From: an uncultured Hormoscilla sp.
Lineage (GTDB): Bacteria > Cyanobacteriota > Cyanobacteriia > Cyanobacteriales > Desertifilaceae
Assembly: GCA_963921275.4 (NCBI GenBank)
Contig: OZ001293.3
Span: 5,920,001-5,984,000, forward strand
DNA length: 64,000 nt
Reading direction: 5' to 3'
Part shown: positions 54,930 to 64,000 of the stretch, piece by piece
Layout of the letters: each line of letters opens with the position of its first letter
Position numbering within the stretch: the stretch's first letter is position 1
The notes under the pieces: generated by a model
Seen by the model: the letters and a program-made list of their open reading frames with translations, nothing else
The model's database searches: none
Told to the model about the DNA's origin: nothing
Position numbers and translations under genes: made by a program

Positions 54930-56987
54930 TTATTTGCCATTACTATTGTCATTCATGGCTAACACCCGTTCCGCGAGCTTATCTGGCACCTCTTGTAGGT
55001 GGTCGTACTTCCAGTTAAAGAAGCCTACCCCCAAAGTACCCGATCGCAGTTCAATAATAAAGTCCTGCATTTCGGCCTGGGGCAAGTAAGCCGAAACCTT
55101 ATCCCAGCCCTGCCAATCTGAGACAGCATCATAACCCAAAATCTGTCCCCGACGGGTAGTAACTAGCTGCAACACTTTAGAAGTAAACTCGCTGGGTGCA
55201 GTCACCTCAATAGCCGAGATCGGTTCTAGCAGAGTCGGTTGACACTTCGGCATTCCCTCGGTCATGGCGATGCGGGCAGCTTGCTTAAAAGCTTGTTCGG
55301 AACTATCAACCGAGTGGTGAGAACCATCAGTCAGAGTTACCGCCACATCCACCACCGGGAAACCCAAGGGTCCCCGTGCCAGATACTCCCGCACCCCCGT
55401 TTCCACCCCAGGAATATACTGCTTCGGCACCACGCCACCGACAATTGTTTGGCTGAAACTAAAGCCTTCCCCCCGTGACAGAGGTTGAATATCTAGATAG
55501 ACATCTCCAAACTGGCCGTGACCGCCACTTTGATGCTTGTAGCGCCCGTGTATCCGCGTTGCTGGTTTGCGGATCGTTTCCTTATAAGCAATGTGGGGCA
55601 AGTGGGTATGCATCGGCAAGTTGTACTTGCGCCGCAGCCGTTCTAGACTTACCTTCAGATGAATTTCTCCCTGACCCCAAAGGATAACTTCGTGGGTATC
55701 GCCATGCTGTTCCCAGTAGAGGGATGGGTCTTCTTCCAGCAACTTCGCCAAAGCACCCGATAGCTTCACTTCATCGTTGCGCTTTTCTGGGGCGATCGCC
55801 ATTGCATAAACTGGGGGTAGCGGTTGTGCCCGAGGCAGTTCTTTCACCTTAGCATCAGTAGAGAGGGTATCTCCGGTTTTAGTCTCCTCCATCCGGGCCA
55901 GGGCCACAATTTCACCAATTCCAGCTTTTGCTAGGGACTCCTGTTGTTGTCCGAACAAGCGGTAAATGCCACCCGCACGCACGCCATTGAGCACCATACC
56001 ATCAGTCAACTCGCCCCGCCAAACTCGCACCAAAGAAAACTTGCCTCCTTGGGGAGTATAATAGGTTTTCAATACCTGAGCTAAAGGCGTGTCTAAGGAG
56101 GTATTAACTCCTCGGCGTTCGGAAGTAGCAGCAGGGTCGGGTGCTTCCCGCCGCAGGACATCTAGCAGCGGTCGGACCCCAGCACTTTGTTCTGCCACGC
56201 CCAGGAACACGGGTACAATCAAATCTGCCCTCAGTTCCATCTTCAAATCTTTGACAATTTCCTCTTGGGATGGTTCAATTTCCTCTATCAGTTCTTCCAG
56301 CAGATGGTCGTCAAAGTCCGCCAAAGTTTCTAACATTTGGGTGCGTGCCTTTTTCTCCTCCTCTTGGAGAGACTCTGGCAGCGGCACTGGATCTGCCGGG
56401 GCACCGGGATGGTAATGATAAGCTTGTTCGCTCACCAGATCGATATATCCCACCAGTTCTTGTCCTTTGCCGATGGGATATTGATGAGGGATGACTGGAC
56501 GACTAGAGACAGTCTTCAGCGCCTTGAGTATCTCTGTAAAGCTAGTGGCGCAGCGGATCTCCTCCGTACAAACCCGGTCCATTTTGTTAACAAAGACCAG
56601 GTGCGGAATCTTCCAGTCATCCAGGAACTTAAATAATGGGGCGAGGGCGAGTACCCGATCAGGTTCCGGTTCGCAGACCACCACTGCTGCACCCACGCCC
56701 ATGAGGGCATTATAGGTTTCCTGGGCAAATTCTACCGAACCCGGGCAGTCCAGAAATGTGAAGTGGATCCCTTCACAGTCAGTGCTAGCAAAGTTCACCT
56801 CCACAGTCATCTGGCGCGATCGCGCCTCTGGGGAACCATCCCCCACCGTATTACCTTCTTGCACGCTCCCTTTGCGGGAAGTTGCGCCAGTGACATGCAG
56901 CAAACTTTCTAGTAGAGTGGTTTTACCGCTTAAATACGGGCCTACAATGGCCACATTGCGACTGTCCGATAGGACTTTTTGGTTCAT
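54930..56987 (-). CDS. Elongation factor G-like paralogue
   Basis: Variant G1 GPYLSGKTT, DCPG, NKMD, GQGEIHL, YKHQSGGHGQFG, VDSSEQAF. Confidence 0.92.
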   Translation of the reverse strand: MNQKVLSDSRNVAIVGPYLSGKTTLLESLLHVTGATSRKGSVQEGNTVGDGSPEARSRQMTVEVNFASTDCEGIHFTFLDCPGSVEFAQETYNALMGVGAAVVVCEPEPDRVLALAPLFKFLDDWKIPHLVFVNKMDRVCTEEIRCATSFTEILKALKTVSSRPVIPHQYPIGKGQELVGYIDLVSEQAYHYHPGAPADPVPLPESLQEEEKKARTQMLETLADFDDHLLEELIEEIEPSQEEIVKDLKMELRADLIVPVFLGVAEQSAGVRPLLDVLRREAPDPAATSERRGVNTSLDTPLAQVLKTYYTPQGGKFSLVRVWRGELTDGMVLNGVRAGGIYRLFGQQQESLAKAGIGEIVALARMEETKTGDTLSTDAKVKELPRAQPLPPVYAMAIAPEKRNDEVKLSGALAKLLEEDPSLYWEQHGDTHEVILWGQGEIHLKVSLERLRRKYNLPMHTHLPHIAYKETIRKPATRIHGRYKHQSGGHGQFGDVYLDIQPLSRGEGFSFSQTIVGGVVPKQYIPGVETGVREYLARGPLGFPVVDVAVTLTDGSHHSVDSSEQAFKQAARIAMTEGMPKCQPTLLEPISAIEVTAPSEFTSKVLQLVTTRRGQILGYDAVSDWQGWDKVSAYLPQAEMQDFIIELRSGTLGVGFFNWKYDHLQEVPDKLAERVLAMNDNSNGK

Positions 56988-57448
56988 AACATACTCCTTT
57001 AGCTTTGAGCCAATAACTCTTTTTTTGAGATTATCCTGTTCCTAACCCTCCAGATTAAAATTGCAACTTCTTTTAACATAAACCTCTCTTTTTATTTAAG
57101 TAAAGTTAACTTATGCGTCAATATATTAAGTTTTGTCCGCCGTTCGTAGTAAGCACTTTAGTGCTTCCCAGGTCGTTCGTAGTAAGCACTTTAGTGCTTC
57201 CCAGGCCGTTCGTAGTAAGCACTTTAGTGCTTCCCAGGTTTGGAGTTAAAGTTATGTTAAGGCGAGCGATTTGACCGAGACCGCACGATACATTTCGCCA
57301 ACTAAGGTTAAAATAATGTTAAAAAACAGAGAGTGGAGGGAAAATAATGTTAGCGAGCGATAGTCTCACTTTCACTCTTTTGCCCAGAAACCCGGTTTTT
57401 TAGAAAAACCGGGTTTCTTTATACGCAGTGCAGAGGGTGAAAGCTGAT

Positions 57449-60108
57449 TTAGCGAAAGGGGGCGATCGCAAACAGCAGCTCTTTTCTAAGATTGGCTGAC
57501 ATAGCTTGATTGCTCTGGGCGATCGCGCGGTTTATTTCCTCCATCTGTGCCCGATCGGGTCTGGAAAACTGAGAGTTGTACCGCCGCAGCCATCTTTGCA
57601 GATAATCTTCACCTAAGTGGGCGATCGCCCTATCCTGACTGCCACAGGCCCAAATCAAAAAAGCCAAACTTTCCCACTTACCCAGTTTTGCTAGCAAAAA
57701 CTGGGCATTTTTCCTCACGTGGAAGCGCGGATCTTCCCGAAAAATATTCCCCAGACGCTCAACACCAACCAGTCTTGCTCGACCCAGTAGGGCCTCACGT
57801 CCAGCGCGAGATATACTGGGGCGATCGTCTGTTAGGGCCTTGACAAATAGATCTACCAGAACATCTCCATTCAACTTAGCAGCAGACGGCAGTGGGGCAC
57901 AGCAAACTTTCGGGTTAGGGTGAGAACAGAAGGGAACGACTGCATCAGCATCGATCGCGCCACCGATATCCCCCAGACCCAAAAGTGCCCCGCAAAGTTG
58001 ACTTTCGACATTGCTAGTCAGGCCATGGCGATAGAATGCCGTGAAATCCATTGGGGCAATTTTGTTCAGGTAATAGCGGGCTAACTCGCGGATGGAACTG
58101 TGGCGATCGCATAAACTCAAGTGTAATTGTGGCGGTGCTTGGGCGGGTAACTTTTTTACGTAAGCTTGCAGTGCTTCCCGGCTAGCGATGTCTCCTGTTG
58201 TGCTCTTGTCCCCAGGGGACTCGGCACACAGGAGACATCGGACGGGCATAAACCGGTTCCCGCTCATTTTCAACAAGAAGCTGCGAACCATAGCCCCCTC
58301 GAATTCCGAGCTAATTTTTCTTGCCACCCACAGTCTAACAGTGCTATCTCCATCTGCGATCGCCCGATCGAGCAGCCAAAGCTTTTCTATTCCTGCCGAC
58401 TCTGCTGCTATATGAAAGCAACAGCGCCTGACAACTCGATCTCTTGATTTCAATCCCGTCAGTAATGCATCATTACATTCTGCACTTGAGTAACTCAAAT
58501 ACCGATTCCATCAGCCAGCGGCGATCGCGTGCAGCCGGATCTCGGCGCATCTGTAATCTCGATATGAGGGCAAGATTCCTGTGCGATGAGTTCCAGCCTA
58601 ACGTAGTCATATACGGAACGCTGGCCTAGGAAACTAGGAACTCTGGTAATCATGGGGGTTTAATTCCCCCTCCCCAGGTACAGGGGTAACCGCGTGAGGT
58701 GCTGCGAAGTAACATCATCGTGGTGCCAAGCGAGGACTCAAATGTAGGATAACTGGCAGCCCAAGCCGGTGACTCTGCTAGGAAAGATGTCCATGGCTAG
58801 AACAAGCGAACCTATGTAAACCTCGTTAAACCCAACCAGCGAAATAAGGCTTAATGCGCTGGAACAAAAGTTAATGCAGTTAGTGTTAATTAGGGAATTG
58901 GCTAACATTGTACCCAAATAACTGCCGGGGAAAAGTAGGGGCCTAAAGGCATCGTGAAATGATACCAGGGAACGAAGTAACCTCAGCGAGAGGAACGAAG
59001 TAACCCCCGTGGTGCTGTCCTCATTTGGACAAGTCAGATGTGCGTCCGCGTAGCGTGCGCGCAGCGCATAGCGCATGCCCATGAGGGGAGAGATGGCCCG
59101 AGAAGCTAATGCCTAGGCGGTGTCTGGAGCATGCCTTGGTGTCTGGAGCACACCGAGTCCTTCAGGACAAGAGTGTGCGGAAGACGCCAAAGTCCTTCAG
59201 GACAAGAGCATGCGGAAGACGCCGGTAATGCCTATGGATACGCAGACGCGGGTCGGTGATACTAGTAAACTATTGGTACAAGTAGCTCTAAAATGTCATA
59301 AGCCCATTTACAGCGTTAGCGAAAGCGAGTTGAGGATTGAGGAATGTTTAACTGGTAAAACGGAGTGTTAAATGGTGATACTAAAGGTTATCCGGCAGCT
59401 CCACTCACCAACCAGGAAAGGGGCGGACGTGCAAGTAGTAAGGGACAATGGGAGTAATCCCTAGTAATCCTACCCGTGAAAGGGGCCTAGTACCCAGTAG
59501 CCGTGTGCGGTGAAAGTCGCATGCACGGTTCCGAAAGGGAGGGTTGTCCCGCGAGGGACAGCTCGACCCCGACTGACAATCTCCGGAGCCTATTCTGGAA
59601 TCAATCGTCTTTCCAAGGCTTCTCTTGCTGCCTCGCGCACATTAATTACCCAGTCATACAGGCGAATTAGCAAAAAAGACAATTCTGCACCATTAGTAAA
59701 TTCTGCCAGTTTCTTCACCGCCGCCTCTCGCACGTAGCCACTCCTGTGAAAACTCGCCAATCCTAGAATTGACAGGGACGACGAACCAAAGCTGAGTAGA
59801 TAGTCTATCTTTTCTGGAAGCAACTCTTGCCATTTCCATCGCATAAATTCATCTAGCCAGAGCAACTCAGCAGGAGATATAATTTTAACTAAACTTTGAA
59901 CTGCTTTAGCTGCTGCTGTTGCCAATTATGGTCTTTCCACAAAAATCAAAGGTATAATGTGAGGAATTGCTGCTGGTTCCTGAGCTTGAGCAATCTGTTC
60001 TAACTTCTTGGATAGGTCATCGTATTTCCCAAACAGCCTTTGCAAAAGACCGTTCCGGGGATCCAGGCGATCGAGCAAAGCCAAGGTTTTATCTGAAATG
60101 GTTCTCAT
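57449..60108 (-). pseudogene. HEAT-repeat-like protein with several lesions
   Basis: SGYVREAAVKKL...LLIRL.DWV..VR.AA; stops at 59926 and 59590; antisense intron at 58581-59573; frameshift at about 58490; palindrome insert at about 58187-58240. Confidence 0.75.
58581..59573 (+). mobile_element. ORF-less group II intron, divergent relative of the other two
   Basis: 5' GTGCG; domain V TAGCCGTGTGCGGTGAAAGTCGCATGCACGGTTC; domain VI ending ACCCCGAC; EBS1 loop AGGGAATT against flank GATTCCT. Confidence 0.92.
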
Positions 60109-60147
60109 AACAGGGCTATTTCCTTCAAGAAGCGATTATCAGATATA

Positions 60148-60440
60148 TTAAGCGATATGAAGATCGCAGCGTTCGAGATAACTGCGGGCGGCCCGATCGC
60201 CCTCATAATATTCCAGGCATTCTTGAAATAAACGCGCCGCTTCTTGAAGAATGCCGTTCGGATAATACGACTGCCCTTTCAAACTTCGTATTCGTCGCCA
60301 TTTTGGCCTCTTTGAGTTCTGGGGTATCGGCGGCAAAGACTTCAAATAACTGCTTCAGCTTTTCCGCTCTTCTGTCACTCGGTCAATAAATCTTAACTCA
60401 GATTCTCCGGGATTATTTAAACCTTGCCTTTGATAGGTGA
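60148..60440 (-). pseudogene. 3' remnant resembling a class III adenylate/guanylate cyclase C-terminus
   Basis: Across frameshifts reads LRFIDRV...FEVFAADTPELKEAK...A.RLFQECL....DRAARSYLERC. Confidence 0.55.
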
Positions 60441-60497
60441 TTAAACGTGAAGCCCCAGCCAAACCAATTATTGACCGGGTTCCAAAGAGTTAATGAT

Positions 60498-61958
60498 TCA
60501 ATTGATAACTTTCCAACCCCGAACGAAATTCTTCTTTTCCATTTCCAACCATAATGCTTCGATCTGTTCTTCGGAATTACTCACTCGGATCTCACGGGAA
60601 AGCGGGTCTTTGCGGTTCGGGCTGAAGTCTGTGAAATGCAGAACATATGCGGGATATTCATCGGAAGACTCCTTATTGGTTTTCCACATGACCAGTTTTC
60701 TTACCATTTCAGCGCCTTTCAGGGTTTTGGTTGCAACTCGACGTTTCAACAGCGTACTTTCAGGCAATTTGTATTCTTTTGCCGATATATCCGCCAGCGG
60801 CACTTCAACTAAGTCGGTTATTTGTTCGATCCTTAAATCTTCGGGATTCACGGATTTATCTTCCCGGAATTTCACGAACTGAGGTGAAATCACATTGGCT
60901 AAAGGCATGCGTCTGATGACTTCATAGCATTTTTTGGAAGCATTCCAGTTCAATACCATTTTGTCTATAGTCCCCTGCCTGGTAGTTTCGGCAATCAGGT
61001 CCAAACAGGATAGTTCGATAATGTATTTCGGTTCCACCATGCGATATGCCACACGATCGGAATTGACTTCGGAATATTCACTATCCACGACGATATCTTT
61101 GAGATCCGAAAGCAGGTTCCGGCGCATTTTTTCCGTAAATCCACCGCCTACATGAGTCAGCAATTGAAAGGTTTCATCCTTTCGCATGATTCCCACCAGA
61201 ACGTCATGAAGCATGCGATCGTCCGTACCTTCGGTAAAACCCAGTACGATCGCATCGATATTATGCCGGGGCTTGATTTTGAAAATACCACTGGATTTAC
61301 CTCGAACCACGACACCTTCAGCGCCTTCATTTTCCACCCATTGCTCGAAATATTCCTTAATTTGAGCGGATTTTTCACCGATAACCGTTTCAACCGGATG
61401 GATATTTTTACCGTTGCCAAATATTGCCGCGATCGCATTCCAGGAATCGGCATACACGGGATATGTTTTTTTGTCACATTCCACGATATCGAACACGGCA
61501 AATTTAAGCCGTTTTACCTCCGATTCATTTTCCGGTTTGCGTGCAATGACCATGACGTCACGAACCCTGGGCCGTGTTTTATCTTCATCCGGCTGCACAT
61601 ATAATTCTCCGGCGATCGCGGCTTGTTTGATTCCGGCTTTTTTCAACAAACTGGCGGCTTCTGCCATGAAATCAAGTCCGGTTCTCACCGTACCGCCGGG
61701 ATTGACCGTAATGGCGCTTTCGCCGTCAAACAGGAGTACGGTAAATTCTCCGTCTATTTTGCGGCTGATATGATAGTTATCCGTTGGGATTTTTTGGGAA
61801 ATATCGGATTTGTCCAGCGGTCGCATAGTCGCCGCCATTTTCCGGCGAAACATTTGCACTTTCGGATGTAACATGGGATCTTTCAGAGCATTCGCCGGAC
61901 CTGTGGCATAATTGCCGATTTTATAGACCAATCTCGAGCGATCGATAAGTGTATCCAT
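60498..61958 (-). CDS. ATP-dependent DNA ligase (adenylation + OB) with a C-terminal WGR-like domain
   Basis: Motif I RKIDGE, III AGELY, IIIa FAVFDI, IV EGVVVR, V FKIKP, OB-fold DAIVLGF...VGGGF...PQFVKFREDK; ATG at 61958 after GGAAGGGAAG. Confidence 0.88.
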   Translation of the reverse strand: MDTLIDRSRLVYKIGNYATGPANALKDPMLHPKVQMFRRKMAATMRPLDKSDISQKIPTDNYHISRKIDGEFTVLLFDGESAITVNPGGTVRTGLDFMAEAASLLKKAGIKQAAIAGELYVQPDEDKTRPRVRDVMVIARKPENESEVKRLKFAVFDIVECDKKTYPVYADSWNAIAAIFGNGKNIHPVETVIGEKSAQIKEYFEQWVENEGAEGVVVRGKSSGIFKIKPRHNIDAIVLGFTEGTDDRMLHDVLVGIMRKDETFQLLTHVGGGFTEKMRRNLLSDLKDIVVDSEYSEVNSDRVAYRMVEPKYIIELSCLDLIAETTRQGTIDKMVLNWNASKKCYEVIRRMPLANVISPQFVKFREDKSVNPEDLRIEQITDLVEVPLADISAKEYKLPESTLLKRRVATKTLKGAEMVRKLVMWKTNKESSDEYPAYVLHFTDFSPNRKDPLSREIRVSNSEEQIEALWLEMEKKNFVRGWKVIN

Positions 61959-61975
61959 AATCAATTCTTCCCTTC

Positions 61976-62677
61976 CTAATCACCAGGTTTTTTAAGTTCC
62001 ATCTTGGAAAGATGGAGGATCAATGCATATTTGTCATTTTGAGTCCGGCCTTCCAGGAAGCCCCGGTAGGGCGTAGCGCCTCGACGAAAAATCAAAGGCT
62101 GGTTTCCTTTAGGGCCTCCTCCCAGCAACATCAGGCAGTCTTTGTCTTCCAACTCCTTTGCTATGGCATACAGAAAATCATAAGTTAGTCCGTTGATATG
62201 GGTAATTTGAAGTTTTCCGGAAAAAACGAACTTATTGAATACTTGCGATTTTTCCATCTTTTTCCCGGTCCATTTCAAAGGAATTTCCGTAGCCGTGTTC
62301 GGTTCGGGCATTTGCCTCGGTCGTTTCTCCCGTTCGCTGCCGTCCGGGTTTTTAATTATTTCATTTTGCACGATCCGATGAACGATTTCCCTTTTCGGAT
62401 CGATATATACCCGAGCCGTATTTTTCAAAAAACTGCCGTATGTTTCTATATCGATTTCCGGGTCTTCATTTATCAGCGCTTGCGTAAGGTTCTCCAAATC
62501 GCCGTATTTTTCAAGCAAAGCATCCAAATCCCGATCCATCGTACCTCTTAGAATTTTTTTGGTTTCTGCCTGGCTGCCATGCATATCTATCCAGCGCATT
62601 TTCAAAACCGGTGAAACTGATTCGGTACTTACGGCTGCATCGCGACCCCGGCTGTTACTGATATTTATTGTTCCCAT
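61976..62677 (-). CDS. Hypothetical protein, putative divergent Ku-fold subunit B
   Basis: Intact 233-aa ORF with AAGGA RBS; C-terminal pattern resembles the Ku core by eye only. Confidence 0.6.
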   Translation of the reverse strand: MGTINISNSRGRDAAVSTESVSPVLKMRWIDMHGSQAETKKILRGTMDRDLDALLEKYGDLENLTQALINEDPEIDIETYGSFLKNTARVYIDPKREIVHRIVQNEIIKNPDGSEREKRPRQMPEPNTATEIPLKWTGKKMEKSQVFNKFVFSGKLQITHINGLTYDFLYAIAKELEDKDCLMLLGGGPKGNQPLIFRRGATPYRGFLEGRTQNDKYALILHLSKMELKKPGD

Positions 62678-62698
62678 GATAGTATTCCTTATAATGAT

Positions 62699-63313
62699 TT
62701 ACATCATGCCAAAATCCATATCGTCATCTTCTTCGATTTCCTCCTCCGCCTCTTCGACGGCAGCGGTTTGTTCGTATCCTATAAAATGAATTTCGGTTTC
62801 CTTTCCTACCAGCATCCAAATAGTATCGTCCGTACCTTTCAATAGAAATGCCGTATCCGGTTCCAGTCCGCTACGATAACTGAATGTAAACGCATAAATA
62901 GCGCCGTTTCCGAGTTCATCTAGTAACTTTGTATCTAATTCTGTTTCACAATTGAGCATATAAGAGGAACGAATATTGAAATTCAGGAATTCATCTATGG
63001 TAACTTTTCGTTCCAATGGATTCGGCTGATTGAAACTCGATTGAACGGGTTTTATTTCATTGCCGTCGAAATCCACGGGTTTGAGGTTTGATTTGTCGCA
63101 CCATTCCCCGTTTTGTGAAATATAAGCCAAAGCAGTGCCTCCCTTGCCGATCAATGTTTTTCCATCCCCGGCTAAAACTGCCATTTCACAAAGGTTCCCA
63201 TCCTCATCAAGGGTTTCGATATCGACCGAACCATATAATTTGCTTCGATCCACTTTTGCAAGTGAAAATGGGATGTCCTTCCCGTCATATGTTAAAACCA
63301 GTGGCTTTGCCAT
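62699..63313 (-). CDS. Hypothetical protein, putative divergent Ku-fold subunit A, acidic tail
   Basis: ATG at 63313 after GAGGT; pattern resembles the Ku core by eye only; ends EEAEEEIEEDDDMDFGMM. Confidence 0.6.
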   Translation of the reverse strand: MAKPLVLTYDGKDIPFSLAKVDRSKLYGSVDIETLDEDGNLCEMAVLAGDGKTLIGKGGTALAYISQNGEWCDKSNLKPVDFDGNEIKPVQSSFNQPNPLERKVTIDEFLNFNIRSSYMLNCETELDTKLLDELGNGAIYAFTFSYRSGLEPDTAFLLKGTDDTIWMLVGKETEIHFIGYEQTAAVEEAEEEIEEDDDMDFGMM

Positions 63314-63694
63314 GTGCTGCACCTCATTATTATTTTTTATTGTCCGAGCAATTACAGACGACACTCCCCAAGAGACGGGCGATCGCCCCCCTAGGCCATC
63401 TTTCTCCTCAATGTCTCCTGTGTGCCGACGGAATTAGGGACCCCAGGATATTCCCTGGCGACTCTCTCTCTCAGCCACGCCGGTTAATATACCCATGTTC
63501 ACCGCTCAAGTCAAGCCGTTGTACATTTTCGTCAATCCCTAGATTTTCTAGCGTTTCCAGAATGGTGACCTTGGTGAAGAATAAGCCAAACATAGCGCTA
63601 ATATGACTCCCACAGGCTCCATTACCCATTTCTTTGGCGATTGAGAGCAACCCATATCTATCTTGCCCAGAAATTACTGGATTTTATGCAAGAG

Positions 63695-64000
63695 TTATTT
63701 CCAAGCATCTAAATCCAGGGCCTTGGATCCTCCCCGTTCCAACTGATTTAATATTTGACCTAACTGATACCAAACTAGCAAGCAAATGAAAACCGTCAGT
63801 GGTGCTGATACTCCGTAGGCCAACTTAGCTGAAAAGTAGAAAATCTGTAAACCTGCAGCTAGAAAAACACAAATGCTAGCACTTATCCCGATAAACGGAA
63901 TTAACAGTTTTTGCCCCCGCATATTTCCCAGGGTAATTTGGGAGCGTTTTTTCGACCACTCTTGCACCGATTGCGTCAAGGATGCATAAAATGCCGTTCC
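63695..64000 (-). CDS. Conserved cyanobacterial membrane protein, 3' part (runs off the window)
   Basis: Two hydrophobic helices, C-terminal QL..GGSKALDLD. Confidence 0.6.
   Translation of the reverse strand, partial: GTAFYASLTQSVQEWSKKRSQITLGNMRGQKLLIPFIGISASICVFLAAGLQIFYFSAKLAYGVSAPLTVFICLLVWYQLGQILNQLERGGSKALDLDAWK

Noticed and set aside
14227..59928. Stop-codon reassignment or programmed read-through
   Set aside because: Both TAA and TAG occur as internal stops, both also terminate intact genes, and the same genes carry other lesions.
60498..61958. Calling the ligase ligD, or a phage/RNA ligase
   Set aside because: No polymerase or phosphoesterase domain, an OB fold typical of DNA ligases is present, and there are no phage genes nearby.
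1..64000. tRNA or rRNA genes
   Set aside because: None recognised by eye.

Overview
This is cyanobacterial chromosomal DNA, probably from a filamentous species (dense HIP1 GCGATCGC sites, hmp motility locus, ccsB, cofH), and it shows heavy erosion: nonsense codons, frameshifts, internal deletions and repeat invasion. Intact housekeeping genes include a prolyl oligopeptidase, tilS, ccsB, argG, a GT2, an aminopeptidase P, cofH and an EF-G paralogue. Around them lie a decaying hmp/pil chemotaxis-like cluster, duplicated TPR, HEAT and Uma2 modules, an IS982 and an internally deleted IS66 (both with target-site duplications), three complete ORF-less group II introns plus one fragment, and many MITE, REP and very small dispersed repeats. 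The most interesting element is an intact three-gene operon at 60498-63313 (minus strand). It encodes two highly divergent proteins that each resemble the Ku core by eye, followed by an ATP-dependent DNA ligase with a WGR-like C-terminal domain, which suggests a possible heterodimeric-Ku end-joining system. A second oddity is that all three intron insertions are 1 nt longer than canonical IIB boundaries predict. All family assignments come from motif recognition by eye; no searches were run.
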